A DNA stretch of 64,000 nucleotides from Vicinamibacteria bacterium (GTDB taxonomy: Bacteria > Acidobacteriota > Vicinamibacteria > Marinacidobacterales > Marinacidobacteraceae): the NCBI GenBank assembly GCA_965199715.1, contig OZ241322.1, positions 448,001 through 512,000 on the forward strand, read 5' to 3'. A program made the translations under genes and the position numbers. How positions within the stretch are numbered: position 1 is the first letter of the stretch; the number at the start of each line of letters is the position of its first letter. The notes beneath the pieces are model-generated. The model searched no databases and was not told the DNA's origin. It worked only from the letters and a program-made list of their open reading frames with translations. This document shows, in pieces, positions 9,130 to 18,802 of this stretch.

Positions 9130-11793
9130 TCAGCCCAGCGCCCGATTCTCGACCGGAACCTCCTCGAAGGCCTCGATGATGTCGCCGATCTTGACGTCGT
9201 TGTAGCCGGCGAGGCCGACGCCGCACTCGAACCCCTCGCGCACCTTGCCCACGTCCTCCTTGAAGCGGCGGAGGCTGCCGATCCGGCCCTCGTGGACGAC
9301 CCGCCCGTCGCGGACGAGCCGCACCCGGGCGCTCTTGGGCACGGTCCCCTCCAGCACGTACGAGCCGGCCACCACGCCGACGCGGGGCACCTGGAACGTC
9401 TTGCGCACCTCGATCTTCCCGACCTCGACGACCTCCATCTCGGGCTTGAGCATCCCGACGATGGCCTTCTCGATTTCCTCGGTGAGGTGGTAGATCACGG
9501 TGTGGGCGCGGATCTCGACGCCCTCGCGCTCGGCGAGCCGCGCCGCGGAGGGTTCCGGACGCACGCCGAACGCGACCACGATGGCGTCCGCCGCCGCGGC
9601 GAGGTTCACGTCGGTCTCGGTCACCGCGCCGGCGGCGGCGTGCACCACCTGCACGCTCACTTCCCGGTTCCCGAGCTTCATCAGCGTGTCCCGCACCGCC
9701 TCGACGGTGCCGCCGACGTCCGCCTTGACCACGATCGGCAGCTCCTTGCGGCCCTCGCCGGAGACCTGCGCGTGGAGCGTGGCGAGGTTCAGCCGCTGGC
9801 GGCCCTCGATCCGCTGCATGCGGTTCGCGTCCTGCCGTTCCTCGGCGACCCGCCGCGCCTCGGCGGGCGCGGGCGTGACCCGGAAGCGATCCCCCACCAC
9901 CGGCACGTCGCTGAGGCCGAGAACTTCCACCGGGGTCGAAGGCGGCGCCTTCTTCATCCGCTTGCCGCGCTCGTCGAGGAGCGCCCGGACCTTGCCCCAC
10001 GCCCCGCCGGCGCTGACCACGTCTCCGACCGAGAGGCTGCCGCCCTGGACGAGCAACTGCGCGACCGAACCGCGTCCGCGATCCTTGCGCGCCTCGAGAA
10101 CCACGCCGTGCGCCAGCTCGTTCGGGTTGGCCATCGGCTCCTCGAGCTCGGCGACCGTGAGCACCGACTGAAGCAGGTCGTCCAGCCCCTCCTTCGTCTT
10201 CGCCGACACCGGGCAGAAGATCGTGTCCCCGCCCCATTCCTCGGGGTTGAGCCCGCGCTCGGAGAGCTGACGCATGACCGTTTCCGCGTTCGCGCCGGGG
10301 CGGTCCATCTTGTTGACCGCGACCACGATCGGGACCTTGGCCGCCCGGGCGTGGCTCAGCGCCTCGAGCGTCTGCTCCTTGACTCCGTCGTCGGCCGCGA
10401 CCACGAGAATGACCGCGTCGGTGACGTTGGCGCCCCGCGCCCGCATCTTGCTGAACGCCTCGTGGCCCGGCGTGTCCAGGAACACGATCGGGTGGCCGTT
10501 CGACTGCACCGCGTAGGCGCTCATGTGCTGGGTGATGCCGCCCGCCTCGCTGTCCACCACCCGCGACTCGCGGATCGCGTCGAGGAGGCTGGTCTTGCCG
10601 TGGTCCACGTGCCCCATGACGGTGATCACCGGGGCGCGCTCCACGAGTCCCACGACCGAAGCCTCCGCGTCCTCGGTCGCCTTCGCCACCGCGACCGCCG
10701 CCTCGGCGACCTTGCCGCCGAAGCCGCGCACGACCTGCGCGGCGGTCTCCTGGTCCAGCAGTTGGTTGATGGAGGCCACCACGCCGTGCTTGAGCAGCAG
10801 GCCCTTGACCACCTCCACCGGCGGGATGGACATTGCGTCGGCGAGATCCTTGAGCGAGATGAGATCGCCCAGCTCGATCGTCGCGGTGGTCCGGAACTCC
10901 CGCCCCGCCTGCCGCAGCCCGGGAGGCAGCGGGCTGTCGAATCCGTCGAGCGTCGTCTCGGGCGCGTCGGTGGGGGCCGCCGCGCGGCGCGACCGCGAGC
11001 GCTTGCCGGGGCCGGGACGGCCGCCCGGCTTCGAGGGCGGACCCGGGCGCGAGGGCCGCAGCGACGGCGGCGTGGCGCGGATTCGGGGCGGCGTGGCTCG
11101 CCGCGTGGGGGTCCGGGTGAGCGAAGCGGCGATGACACGCTCGGTCGCCCCCGGACGGAACGTCGCGGGGCTCGCCGCCGCGGCGATGCTTGCGGTCTCC
11201 AGACGCCGGCGCCCCCGAGCGGGGGCGGGCGAAACGTCGGTCGCCGCGGTCTTTCCGGACTCCTTGGACTCGGCGGCGCGTTCCTGCGCGACCGGACGGA
11301 CCTCGGCCTTGGCGGACGCGGCGCGCTGTCGGGCCGCTTCGGCGGCCTCGCGCTCCTGCTGGGCCCGACGCTTCGCCTCGGCCTCGCGAGCGGCCCGCAG
11401 CGCCTGCTGCTCGGCCGCGAGGCGCCTGGCTTCGGCCGCGCGCTCCTGCTCGGCCCGCTGCCGCTCGGCCTCCCGGGCTTCGGCGGCGGCGCGCTCGCGA
11501 GCCGCCTCGACTTCGCGGACCTCCCGATCGGCCTTCTCGCGCTCGGCCGCCGCCGCCCGCTCCGCTTCCGCCTGGCGGATCTTCTCCCGAGCTTCGGCGC
11601 GGCGGTCCACGCGCTTGGCCTTTCCCCGCTGGATGCGCAGCTTGGTGCGGATCCGCTTGGCGGCGATGTCCGGAATGGACGACGAAACCGTGCGCACCCG
11701 CACCTTGGGGTCGGCCTTCAGCGTCGCGAGCAGCTCGCCCGGCTCCATGCCGAGCTCCTTCGCGAGATCGCTCACGCGGACGGTTGCTGGCAT
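9130..11793 (-). CDS. infB: Translation initiation factor IF-2
   Basis: [38 protein letters not shown] motifs. Confidence 0.98.
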   Translation of the reverse strand: MPATVRVSDLAKELGMEPGELLATLKADPKVRVRTVSSSIPDIAAKRIRTKLRIQRGKAKRVDRRAEAREKIRQAEAERAAAAEREKADREVREVEAARERAAAEAREAERQRAEQERAAEARRLAAEQQALRAAREAEAKRRAQQEREAAEAARQRAASAKAEVRPVAQERAAESKESGKTAATDVSPAPARGRRRLETASIAAAASPATFRPGATERVIAASLTRTPTRRATPPRIRATPPSLRPSRPGPPSKPGGRPGPGKRSRSRRAAAPTDAPETTLDGFDSPLPPGLRQAGREFRTTATIELGDLISLKDLADAMSIPPVEVVKGLLLKHGVVASINQLLDQETAAQVVRGFGGKVAEAAVAVAKATEDAEASVVGLVERAPVITVMGHVDHGKTSLLDAIRESRVVDSEAGGITQHMSAYAVQSNGHPIVFLDTPGHEAFSKMRARGANVTDAVILVVAADDGVKEQTLEALSHARAAKVPIVVAVNKMDRPGANAETVMRQLSERGLNPEEWGGDTIFCPVSAKTKEGLDDLLQSVLTVAELEEPMANPNELAHGVVLEARKDRGRGSVAQLLVQGGSLSVGDVVSAGGAWGKVRALLDERGKRMKKAPPSTPVEVLGLSDVPVVGDRFRVTPAPAEARRVAEERQDANRMQRIEGRQRLNLATLHAQVSGEGRKELPIVVKADVGGTVEAVRDTLMKLGNREVSVQVVHAAAGAVTETDVNLAAAADAIVVAFGVRPEPSAARLAEREGVEIRAHTVIYHLTEEIEKAIVGMLKPEMEVVEVGKIEVRKTFQVPRVGVVAGSYVLEGTVPKSARVRLVRDGRVVHEGRIGSLRRFKEDVGKVREGFECGVGLAGYNDVKIGDIIEAFEEVPVENRALG

Positions 11794-11797
11794 GGAA

Positions 11798-13426
11798 TCA
11801 GTCGGTGCTCTCGGGGGCGCTCGGTTCCGTCGGCTCGGGAACGGGCGCCTGCTCGTCCACCGGCTCCGGCCCGCGGCTGGCGCGTAGGCTATCGCTACCG
11901 GGCGCCGAATTCGGGCGCCGCCGACCTCGCTCCTGGGGGAAGGGCCGACGCTCGCCGTCGCGGCGCGGCGGGCGATCCGTCCCCTCGCGGCGGAACCGGC
12001 GGCGGCGGTCGTCGTCGCGGCGCGGCGGGCGATCCGTCCCCTCGCGGCGGAACCGGCGGCGGTCGTCGCCGTCGCGGCGCGGCGGGCGATCCGTCCCCTC
12101 GCGGCGGAACCGGCGGCGGTCGTCGCCGTCGCGGCGCGGCGGGCGATCCGTCCCCTCGCGGCGGAACCGGCGGCGGCGGTCGTCGTCGCGGCGCGGCGGG
12201 CGATCCGTCCCCTCGCGGCGGAACCGGCGGCGGTCGTCGCCGTCGCGGCGCGGCGGGCGATCCGTCCCCTCGCGGCGGAACCGGCGGCGGTCGTCGCCGT
12301 CGCGGCGCGGCGGGCGATCCGTCCCCTCGCGGCGGAACCGGCGGCGGTCGTCGCCGTCGCGGCGCGGCGGGCGATCCGTCCCCTCGCGGCGGAACCGGCG
12401 GCGGTCGTCGTCCTCGCGCCGGGGCCGCCGCTCCACTTCGCGGCCGCGCATTGGCGGGCGCGGTCCCCTGCCCCGGGCGGATCCGCCCGCGCGCGTGCCG
12501 CCTTCCTCCGGGGCGCGCACCTCGAGCGGCGCGCCGAGCAGATCGGCGGCGAGGCGGACGTTCTGGCCGCGCTTGCCGAGCGTTCGGGGCAGCTCCTCCT
12601 CGGCCACCAGCACCAGCAAGGCGCCGGGCTCCCGGGAATCGGGATCCGGGCCCACCGAAAGCACTTCCGCCGGACGCAGCGCGTGCCGGGCGAAGACCGC
12701 CGGATCGGGATGCCAGCGCACGACGTCCACGCGCTCGCCCCGAAGCTCCCGGCTGACCGCCCGAATCCGGCTCCCGCCGGGGCCGAGGCAGCACGCCACC
12801 GGATCCACGTCCCGGCGCTCGGCGGACACGGCCGCCTTGGCGCGCACCCCCGGCAGCCGCGCCACCCCCCGGACGCGGACGATCCCGGAGCGGACCTCGG
12901 GCGCCTCGCGTTCGAGCGCCCCGGCCACCACCTCGGGGGCGATCCGGGAGAGGATCACCGGAGGCTCCTCGGGCCGCAGCGCGACCACGACCGCACGCAC
13001 GGTGTCGTCGGGGTTGAACACCTCGTGGCGGCTCTGCTCGTTCGCCGGCAAGCGGGCCACGGAGGCGCCGAGATCGACGATCAGGTCCGCGCCCTCGCGG
13101 CGAAGCACCCGCCCGGTCTCGAGCTTTCCGATGCGGTCGCGGAACCGCTCGCCGCCCGCGAGCAGGCGGGACTGGCGCAGCCGGTCCTCCAGCTCGCCGC
13201 GGGCGGCGCGGACAACGGGCCGGGCGAGTCCCTCGAGCTCGGTCTCGCCCGCTTCGGAGGCCGCGCGGTGGAACCGGCCGGTCTCTAGGTCCAGCCGGAC
13301 CGCCACTGCCTCGCCGGCGCTCTCCGACGCGGCGCGACCCGCAGCCGCCTCCACGCTGGCGACGATCTCTTGGGCGGGGACTCCCGAAACCGAGGCCACT
13401 TCGGCGATCAGCTCTCCGAGCGCGAT
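11798..13426 (-). CDS. nusA: Transcription termination/antitermination factor NusA, divergent, with repeat C-terminal tail (start uncertain: ATC 13426, GTG 13495 or GTG 13399)
   Basis: S1 domain, ARLPGVRAKAAV, DPVACCLGPGGSRI..VSRELRGERVDVV (KH1), LGKRGQNVRLA (KH2); lies between rimP and infB. Confidence 0.9.
   Translation of the reverse strand: MALGELIAEVASVSGVPAQEIVASVEAAAGRAASESAGEAVAVRLDLETGRFHRAASEAGETELEGLARPVVRAARGELEDRLRQSRLLAGGERFRDRIGKLETGRVLRREGADLIVDLGASVARLPANEQSRHEVFNPDDTVRAVVVALRPEEPPVILSRIAPEVVAGALEREAPEVRSGIVRVRGVARLPGVRAKAAVSAERRDVDPVACCLGPGGSRIRAVSRELRGERVDVVRWHPDPAVFARHALRPAEVLSVGPDPDSREPGALLVLVAEEELPRTLGKRGQNVRLAADLLGAPLEVRAPEEGGTRAGGSARGRGPRPPMRGREVERRPRREDDDRRRFRREGTDRPPRRDGDDRRRFRREGTDRPPRRDGDDRRRFRREGTDRPPRRDGDDRRRFRREGTDRPPRRDDDRRRRFRREGTDRPPRRDGDDRRRFRREGTDRPPRRDGDDRRRFRREGTDRPPRRDDDRRRRFRREGTDRPPRRDGERRPFPQERGRRRPNSAPGSDSLRASRGPEPVDEQAPVPEPTEPSAPESTD
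11956..12412 (-). repeat. In-frame 57-bp tandem repeat, 8 copies, encoding (R)RFRREGTDRPPRRDGDDRR in the NusA C-terminus
   Basis: Unit cgtcgcggcgcggcgggcgatccgtcccctcgcggcggaaccggcggcggtcgtcgc is directly repeated; two linker variants. Confidence 0.97.
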
Positions 13427-13929
13427 CGTCGCGCTCCTCTTCGGAGCAACGCGGCGACGTCGGGGTCGAGGCGGGCCGCCGCGACGGCGGACCACGCGAC
13501 CGCGAGCTCCTTCGGCGTCGTCCCCAGATGCAGGACTCCGCCCTCGACCCGGGCGAGGGTCGCGCTCCGCTCGGAATCCCGGTCGCCGTCCCGATACCGC
13601 ACCCGGATCCTCCGGCCCAGGAAGCGCTCGCAGTCGGCCAGCGAGCGAAGGGGCCGGAAGAGGCCCGGAGTGCTGACCTCCAGCGTGTACGGGCCCCGGA
13701 ACGGATCCTCCACGTCGAGCATCGCCGAGAGCGCGTGGTTCACCCGCTCGCAGTCGGCAAGACCCACCGCGTCGGCTTCGCGTTCGATGAATACGCACAG
13801 TCTCCGCCCCGAACGGGGTCCCTTGATCTCGACCCATGCGAGGCCTACTCCCGCCGCTTCCGCGGCCTCGCGCGCCAACCGCTCGACTCGTTCGACGATT
13901 CCCTTGGGGTCGTGGGGGTCGTGGGGAAT
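13408..13929 (-). CDS. rimP: Ribosome maturation factor RimP (probable ATT start)
   Basis: LCVFIE...VGLADCERVNHALSAMLDVEDPF...YTLEVSTPGLFRPL; immediately upstream of nusA. Confidence 0.92.
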   Translation of the reverse strand: MPHDPHDPKGIVERVERLAREAAEAAGVGLAWVEIKGPRSGRRLCVFIEREADAVGLADCERVNHALSAMLDVEDPFRGPYTLEVSTPGLFRPLRSLADCERFLGRRIRVRYRDGDRDSERSATLARVEGGVLHLGTTPKELAVAWSAVAAARLDPDVAALLRRGARRSRSES

Positions 13930-13957
13930 GCGGAAGCGCCTCCGTCGCGCGATCGGG

Positions 13958-13991
13958 AAAAAGAAACCGCTGCCGGAGTGCGACAGCGGCT
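13958..13991 (-). terminator. rimP-leader-type intrinsic terminator/attenuator
   Basis: AGCCGCTGTCG-CACTC-CGGCAGCGGTT hairpin followed by TCTTTTT, between the promoter and rimP. Confidence 0.75.
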
Positions 13992-14031
13992 GGAACCGGA
14001 GGCGGAACTGCTTCCGCCACCGAGCGGCGGG

Positions 14032-14040
14032 ACTATACCA
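14032..14040 (-). promoter_or_regulatory. Extended -10 promoter TGgTATAGT for rimP-nusA-infB
   Basis: Near-consensus TG-n-TATAGT overlapping the rimO stop codon. Confidence 0.65.
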
Positions 14041-15415
14041 ATCCGGGCGCGGCGGGGCCGGGAAGTTCGCAGAGCGATTCCGCGACGAGCTCCTCCGCGT
14101 GCGCCTCGGCGATCCGGGCCGCGACGAAACTGCCGACGGGCGCCTCCCCCTCCACGAGGAGGACCCGCGCGTCCACCTCGGGCGCCTGTCCCTCGGTGCG
14201 TCCGCACACGAGCAGGTCGCTCTCCTCACAGGGGCCGTCCACCAGCACCGGGACGACGCGGCCGACCATCTCCCGGTTCCGCTCGAGCGCGGCCTCCCGC
14301 CCGGCGGCGAGGAGGCGGTCCCGCCGCTCGGCCTTGATTTCCTCGGACACGGTCTCGACCGGAACCCACGACGCCGCCGACTCCTCGTTCGAGTAGAGGA
14401 ACGCTCCCATCGCGTCGAAGCGGGCCTCGCGGACGAAGTCCTCCAGCTCGCGGAAATCGGCCTCGGTCTCCCCCGGAAAGCCGACGATGAACGTGCTGCG
14501 GATCGCGACTCCGGGCACGCGCTCCCGGATCCGGGAGAGGAGCCGCTCGTTGGACTTCCGGTTTCCCGGGCGCCGCATCCGCTTCAGGACCGGGCGGCTC
14601 GCGTGCTGTAGCGGGATGTCCACGTACCGGCAGACCTCGGGAACCTCGGCCATCGCGTCGAGGATGGACTCGTCGAGCGTCGTGGGGTAGGCGTACAGGA
14701 AACGCACCCAGTCGATTCCGGGAACCGCGGCCAGGTCCCTCAGGAGCGAGGCGAGGCCGCGGCGCATGCCCAGATCGGCCCCGTACGCGGTCGTGTCCTG
14801 CGCGACGAGCACCAGCTCGCGCACGCCGTCCGCCGCGAGCGACGCCGCCTCCTCCAGCACCGATTCCGGCGTGCGGCTGCGGAACCGGCCCCGGATCTGC
14901 GGAATCACGCAGAAGGTGCACGGGTGGTCGCATCCCTCGGCGACCTTCAGGTACGCGAGGTGCCGAGGCGTGGACCGAATCCGCGGCGTCGTGTGGTCGT
15001 AGAGCCAGCGCACCGAGCCGTCCGCCTCGAGCGGGGGCGCGAGCCGCGGCCCCGGGTCGCAGGCCTCGGCGATCCGCTCGACCTGGTCGAGCCCCAAGAC
15101 CGCGTCGATCTCGGGGATCTCGCGGGTGAGCTCGGCGGCGTACCGCTGCGCGAGGCACCCCGCCACGACGAGGCGCCGGCAGCGGCCCTCGCGCCGGTGG
15201 CGCGCCATCTCGAGAATGGCCTCGACGCCCTCCTCCTTGGCCGGCCCGATGAACCCGCAGGTGTTCACCACGAGCGCGTCGGCCTCGCCCGGATCGTCGG
15301 TGGTCGTGAAGCCCCGGCGGGCGAGGACCCCGAGCATCACCTCGCTGTCGAGCAGGTTCTTCGCGCATCCGAGGCTGACGAGGCCGACCCGGGTCGGACG
15401 GGCGCCTGCGTTCAC
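14033..15415 (-). CDS. rimO: Ribosomal protein S12 methylthiotransferase (radical SAM)
   Basis: SLGCAKNLLDSE, NTCGFI, GCLAQRY, EGCDHPCTFC, YAYP, TRAM domain; GTGA overlap with asnS. Confidence 0.95.
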   Translation of the reverse strand: MNAGARPTRVGLVSLGCAKNLLDSEVMLGVLARRGFTTTDDPGEADALVVNTCGFIGPAKEEGVEAILEMARHRREGRCRRLVVAGCLAQRYAAELTREIPEIDAVLGLDQVERIAEACDPGPRLAPPLEADGSVRWLYDHTTPRIRSTPRHLAYLKVAEGCDHPCTFCVIPQIRGRFRSRTPESVLEEAASLAADGVRELVLVAQDTTAYGADLGMRRGLASLLRDLAAVPGIDWVRFLYAYPTTLDESILDAMAEVPEVCRYVDIPLQHASRPVLKRMRRPGNRKSNERLLSRIRERVPGVAIRSTFIVGFPGETEADFRELEDFVREARFDAMGAFLYSNEESAASWVPVETVSEEIKAERRDRLLAAGREAALERNREMVGRVVPVLVDGPCEESDLLVCGRTEGQAPEVDARVLLVEGEAPVGSFVAARIAEAHAEELVAESLCELPGPAAPGLV

Positions 15416-16725
15416 GGGCGGAGCCGATACAGCGTTCGGGGAAACGGGATCGCCTCCCGCAGGTGCGAAAGCCCGGCCACCCACGAGACGAACCGCTCGA
15501 TCCCCAGCCCGAAGCCGGAGTGCGGCGGGCATCCGTACTTCCGCAGGTCCAGGTACCAGTCGAAGGCGTCATCCGGCAGCCCGTGCTCGCGGATGCGCTC
15601 GAGCAACAGGTCCGGGTCGTGGATGCGCTGGCCGCCGCCGACGATTTCGCCGTACCCCTCCGGAGCGATGACGTCGAGGCACAGCGCCTGCTCGGGACGC
15701 ACCGGATCCGGCTGCATGTAGAACGCCTTGATCGCCGACGGGAAGTGGGTCACCACCAGCGGGCGGTCGAGGTCTTCGGTCAGGAGCGTCTCGTGGCGGG
15801 CGCCGAAGTCGGAGCCCGGCTCGAAGTCGCTGTTCTTGCGAGCGAGGGTCGCCGCGGCCTCGTCGTAGGTGACGCGGGGGAACGGTGCGCGCACGGCCTC
15901 GAGCGGAGCCGGATCCCGCTCCAACGTCTCGAGTTCGCCCCGATGGCGCTCGAGGACGCGGCCGAGCGCGTGGCAGATCAGCCCCTCGGCCAGCGCTGCG
16001 ACGTCGTCCAGCTCGGCGAACGCCACTTCCGGCTCCAGCATCCAGAACTCGATCAGGTGTCGGCGAGTCCGCGACTTCTCGGCCCGGAACGTCGGCCCGA
16101 GGCAGTAGGTCCGGCCCACCGACATCGCCACCGCCTCGTTGTAGAGCTGGCCGCTCTGGCTGAGGAAGGCCTGCTGGTCGAAGTAGCGGGTCTCGAACAG
16201 CGTGGTGGTTCCCTCGCAGGCGTTCGGCGTGAAGATCGGGGTGTCCGCGCACAGGAAGCCCTGCTCGTCGAGGTACTCCCGGAAGGCGAGCAGCACCCCG
16301 TTCCGCAACCGGAGCAGCGCGTGCTGCTTGCGGGAGCGCAGCCAGAGGTGACGGTTGTCCAGCAGGAACGACGCGCCGTGCTCCTTGGCCCCGATGGGCC
16401 ACGGCTCCGCCTCGTGGAGGACGGTCATGTCGGCGGCGTGGATCTCCATGCCGCCCGGCGCCCGGGGCTCCCGGCGGGGCGCGCCGCGGATCTCGATCGC
16501 GCTCTCGATCGGGGCGCGGGCGGCCCGGGCGAAGGCCTCCTCGGACACGGCCTTCCTCGCCACCACGACCTGCGCGAAGCCGGAACCGTCGCGGAACTGG
16601 AGGAAGAGGATCCGCCCGCTCGACCGCCGCCCGGCGAGCCATCCCCGCAGCGCGACCTCCTCGCTCTGCGCGCACGCCCCCTCCGCCTCGAGGCTTCGCC
16701 CGAGCGCCGCGAGCGTGGGCGGCAT
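15412..16725 (-). CDS. asnS: Asparagine--tRNA ligase (start approximate)
   Basis: FRDGSG, NRHLWLRS, ACEGTTTLF, LSQSGQLY, FRAEKSRTRRHLIEFWMLEPE, PHSGFGLGIER. Confidence 0.93.
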   Translation of the reverse strand: MPPTLAALGRSLEAEGACAQSEEVALRGWLAGRRSSGRILFLQFRDGSGFAQVVVARKAVSEEAFARAARAPIESAIEIRGAPRREPRAPGGMEIHAADMTVLHEAEPWPIGAKEHGASFLLDNRHLWLRSRKQHALLRLRNGVLLAFREYLDEQGFLCADTPIFTPNACEGTTTLFETRYFDQQAFLSQSGQLYNEAVAMSVGRTYCLGPTFRAEKSRTRRHLIEFWMLEPEVAFAELDDVAALAEGLICHALGRVLERHRGELETLERDPAPLEAVRAPFPRVTYDEAAATLARKNSDFEPGSDFGARHETLLTEDLDRPLVVTHFPSAIKAFYMQPDPVRPEQALCLDVIAPEGYGEIVGGGQRIHDPDLLLERIREHGLPDDAFDWYLDLRKYGCPPHSGFGLGIERFVSWVAGLSHLREAIPFPRTLYRLRP

Positions 16726-16805
16726 GCGGTCGTCGAGGGAGGCCGGAAGGTCGGACACGGCGACGGGAGTGTCGCCGACGCCCGCGGGCGGCGCAACTTT
16801 CGCGG

Positions 16806-17840
16806 TCAGCGGAGCGCGAGGTCGCCGAGCAGCGCGCCGAGCTCGGCGCGGCTGGAGCGCCGGGGCGCCCGGTCCAGCGTCTCCCGCACCATGGCGACCG
16901 TGGGCTCCACGTACTGCGCGTACACGGCGTTGCCCCTCGCGCGCACTTGGAAGCCGTAGGTGCCCAGCGCCTTCAGCAGGCGCTGGAGCGCGACCGTGTC
17001 CATCTCGGCCAGAAGCTCCTCGCCGGCGGACGCGAGCCCGGCGCCTTCCCGGAAGCGGTCCAGCACGACCGCCTCCTCGAACGGAATCGGCGACGCCCCG
17101 GTCCGGACGTAGGGGTCCCGCAGCAGTGACATCACGTCGTAGCCCCGGGGCCCGATTCGGGTGTCCTGGTGGTCGATGACGACGAGGCCGCCGTCCGCCG
17201 GGACCACGAGGTTCCGCGAGTGGAAATCGCGATGGCACAGCGCCAGGGGAGCGCCCGCGGCCTCTTCGGCCAGTTCCGCGAAGAGACGGTCGAGCCGCTG
17301 CGGGATCCGGCTCCCTAGACCGAGGAAGTGCTCGCCGAAAAAGCGCAGCTCGCGCAGGAACAGCGGGGCGTCGAGCCGCATCCGGAAGGCGCGGAATCGG
17401 CCCGCGTCCGGGGAACGCTCGAGGCGGCGCCCTCGCCGCTGGATCCGTCCGAGGAGATCCACCGCCTCGAAGTACCGCCCGCCGGCGTCCGGCTCCCGCC
17501 GCAGGACCCGGTGCTGGAGGAGATCGTCCCCGAGATCCTCGAGCAGCACGACGCCGAGATCGGGGGCCTCATCGAGGATCCTCGGGACCGCGATCCCAAG
17601 CGAGCGATAGAGGCCGGTCGAGTCCGAAAACGGCAGCGCTCCCGGCGCGTAGGGGGCGCTCATGAGGCAGACCACGACCGGCCCCCGGCCCGGGAACGCG
17701 GCGCGGAAGTACATCCGCTCCCCGGCGTCCTGGACGAGGGGCGCAGTCTCGGTCCCCGGACGTCCCCGCCGCCGGAAGTAGGCCGAAAGGCGCTGCGCGC
17801 CCGACGACTCGGGCGAGGCCCGGCGCTCCTCGACGGTCAT
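16806..17840 (-). CDS. Aminoglycoside-phosphotransferase-family kinase, AmgK-like (MurNAc/GlcNAc 1-kinase)
   Basis: DAGERMYFR, LLEDLGD, CHRDFHSRN, IDHQD, YDVMSLLRD, LQRLLKALG; coupled to a nucleotidyltransferase gene. Confidence 0.8.
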   Translation of the reverse strand: MTVEERRASPESSGAQRLSAYFRRRGRPGTETAPLVQDAGERMYFRAAFPGRGPVVVCLMSAPYAPGALPFSDSTGLYRSLGIAVPRILDEAPDLGVVLLEDLGDDLLQHRVLRREPDAGGRYFEAVDLLGRIQRRGRRLERSPDAGRFRAFRMRLDAPLFLRELRFFGEHFLGLGSRIPQRLDRLFAELAEEAAGAPLALCHRDFHSRNLVVPADGGLVVIDHQDTRIGPRGYDVMSLLRDPYVRTGASPIPFEEAVVLDRFREGAGLASAGEELLAEMDTVALQRLLKALGTYGFQVRARGNAVYAQYVEPTVAMVRETLDRAPRRSSRAELGALLGDLALR

Positions 17841-18802
17841 GGGAGGGACGCCCCGGCGCCGCCGGCGAACAGCGCTCCCGAAACCTCGGCCCCGGGCGGC
17901 ACGGCCTCGCCGGCCGCGACGATCGAGTCCCGAACGACCGCGCCCGGTCCCACCGTCGCCCGGTCGAGGAGCAGCGACCGCAGGACCTTCGCCCCCGCCC
18001 CAACGGCGCACCCCGCCCCGACAAGGCCCGGCGAGTCCACGACGGCGTCCGGCGCGAGGCGGGCGCCCCCTCCCGGCGCGCCGTCGCGGAACGAGAGCGC
18101 CGCCGCCAGATACCGGCCGGGAGTCCCGATCTCGAACCACGGCGCCGCGCTCGGAAACACGAACCCGCCGCCCGAGCGGATCAGCCCCGGAAGCAGGTCC
18201 TCGCCGAGGCCGGTCGCGCCGGGGACAAGCAGCCCGAGCCCGGCGGGTTCGAGGAGCCACACGCCGCAGAACACCGGTCCCGACGCGCCCCGTGGGCCGA
18301 TTCCGGCGAGGCGTCCGTCGGAAGCGACCTCGAGGCGGCGCTCACGCTCGAAACCCTTCGGCGTCCGGGAGGCGGCGAGGAGCGTGGCGCAGCCGCCGAG
18401 GCGCCGGTGGGCGGCGGCGAACTCCGGGAGATCGGCCTCGGAGAGCGCGTCCCCGTTCAACAGCAGGAACGGCTCGCTCCCGAATCCGTCCCCGGCGAAT
18501 CGGGCGAGCGCCCGCTGGAGTCCCCCGGACGTTCCCAAGAGACGCGTCTCCTCGGACCGCAGCACCTCAAGGCCGGCGGCCGCGGCGCGCCGGAGCGCCG
18601 GTTGGAGCGACTCGGGGGCGTGGTGGAGGTTCACGACGACCTTCCGGACGCCGGCGCGCCGCAGCCTGTGGAGGATGCGCTCCAGCAGCGACATCCCCCC
18701 GAGCGGAAGCGCCGGCTTCGCGCACCGGTCGGTGAGCGGCCCCATCCGCTCGCCGCGTCCGGCGGCGAAGACCATGGCGCAGCGCGGCGGCGCGACCGTC
18801 AT
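17837..18802 (-). CDS. NDP-sugar nucleotidyltransferase (MurU / mannose-1-P guanylyltransferase-like)
   Basis: AAGRGERMGPLT...KPAL, VNLHH, LGTSGG, NGD, WFEIGTP, short hexapeptide tail. Confidence 0.82.
   Translation of the reverse strand: MTVAPPRCAMVFAAGRGERMGPLTDRCAKPALPLGGMSLLERILHRLRRAGVRKVVVNLHHAPESLQPALRRAAAAGLEVLRSEETRLLGTSGGLQRALARFAGDGFGSEPFLLLNGDALSEADLPEFAAAHRRLGGCATLLAASRTPKGFERERRLEVASDGRLAGIGPRGASGPVFCGVWLLEPAGLGLLVPGATGLGEDLLPGLIRSGGGFVFPSAAPWFEIGTPGRYLAAALSFRDGAPGGGARLAPDAVVDSPGLVGAGCAVGAGAKVLRSLLLDRATVGPGAVVRDSIVAAGEAVPPGAEVSGALFAGGAGASLP

Noticed and set aside
11956-12412. 57-bp repeat array as a CRISPR array
   Set aside because: Units are contiguous with no unique spacers, the length is a multiple of 3, it lies in frame within nusA, and there are no cas genes.
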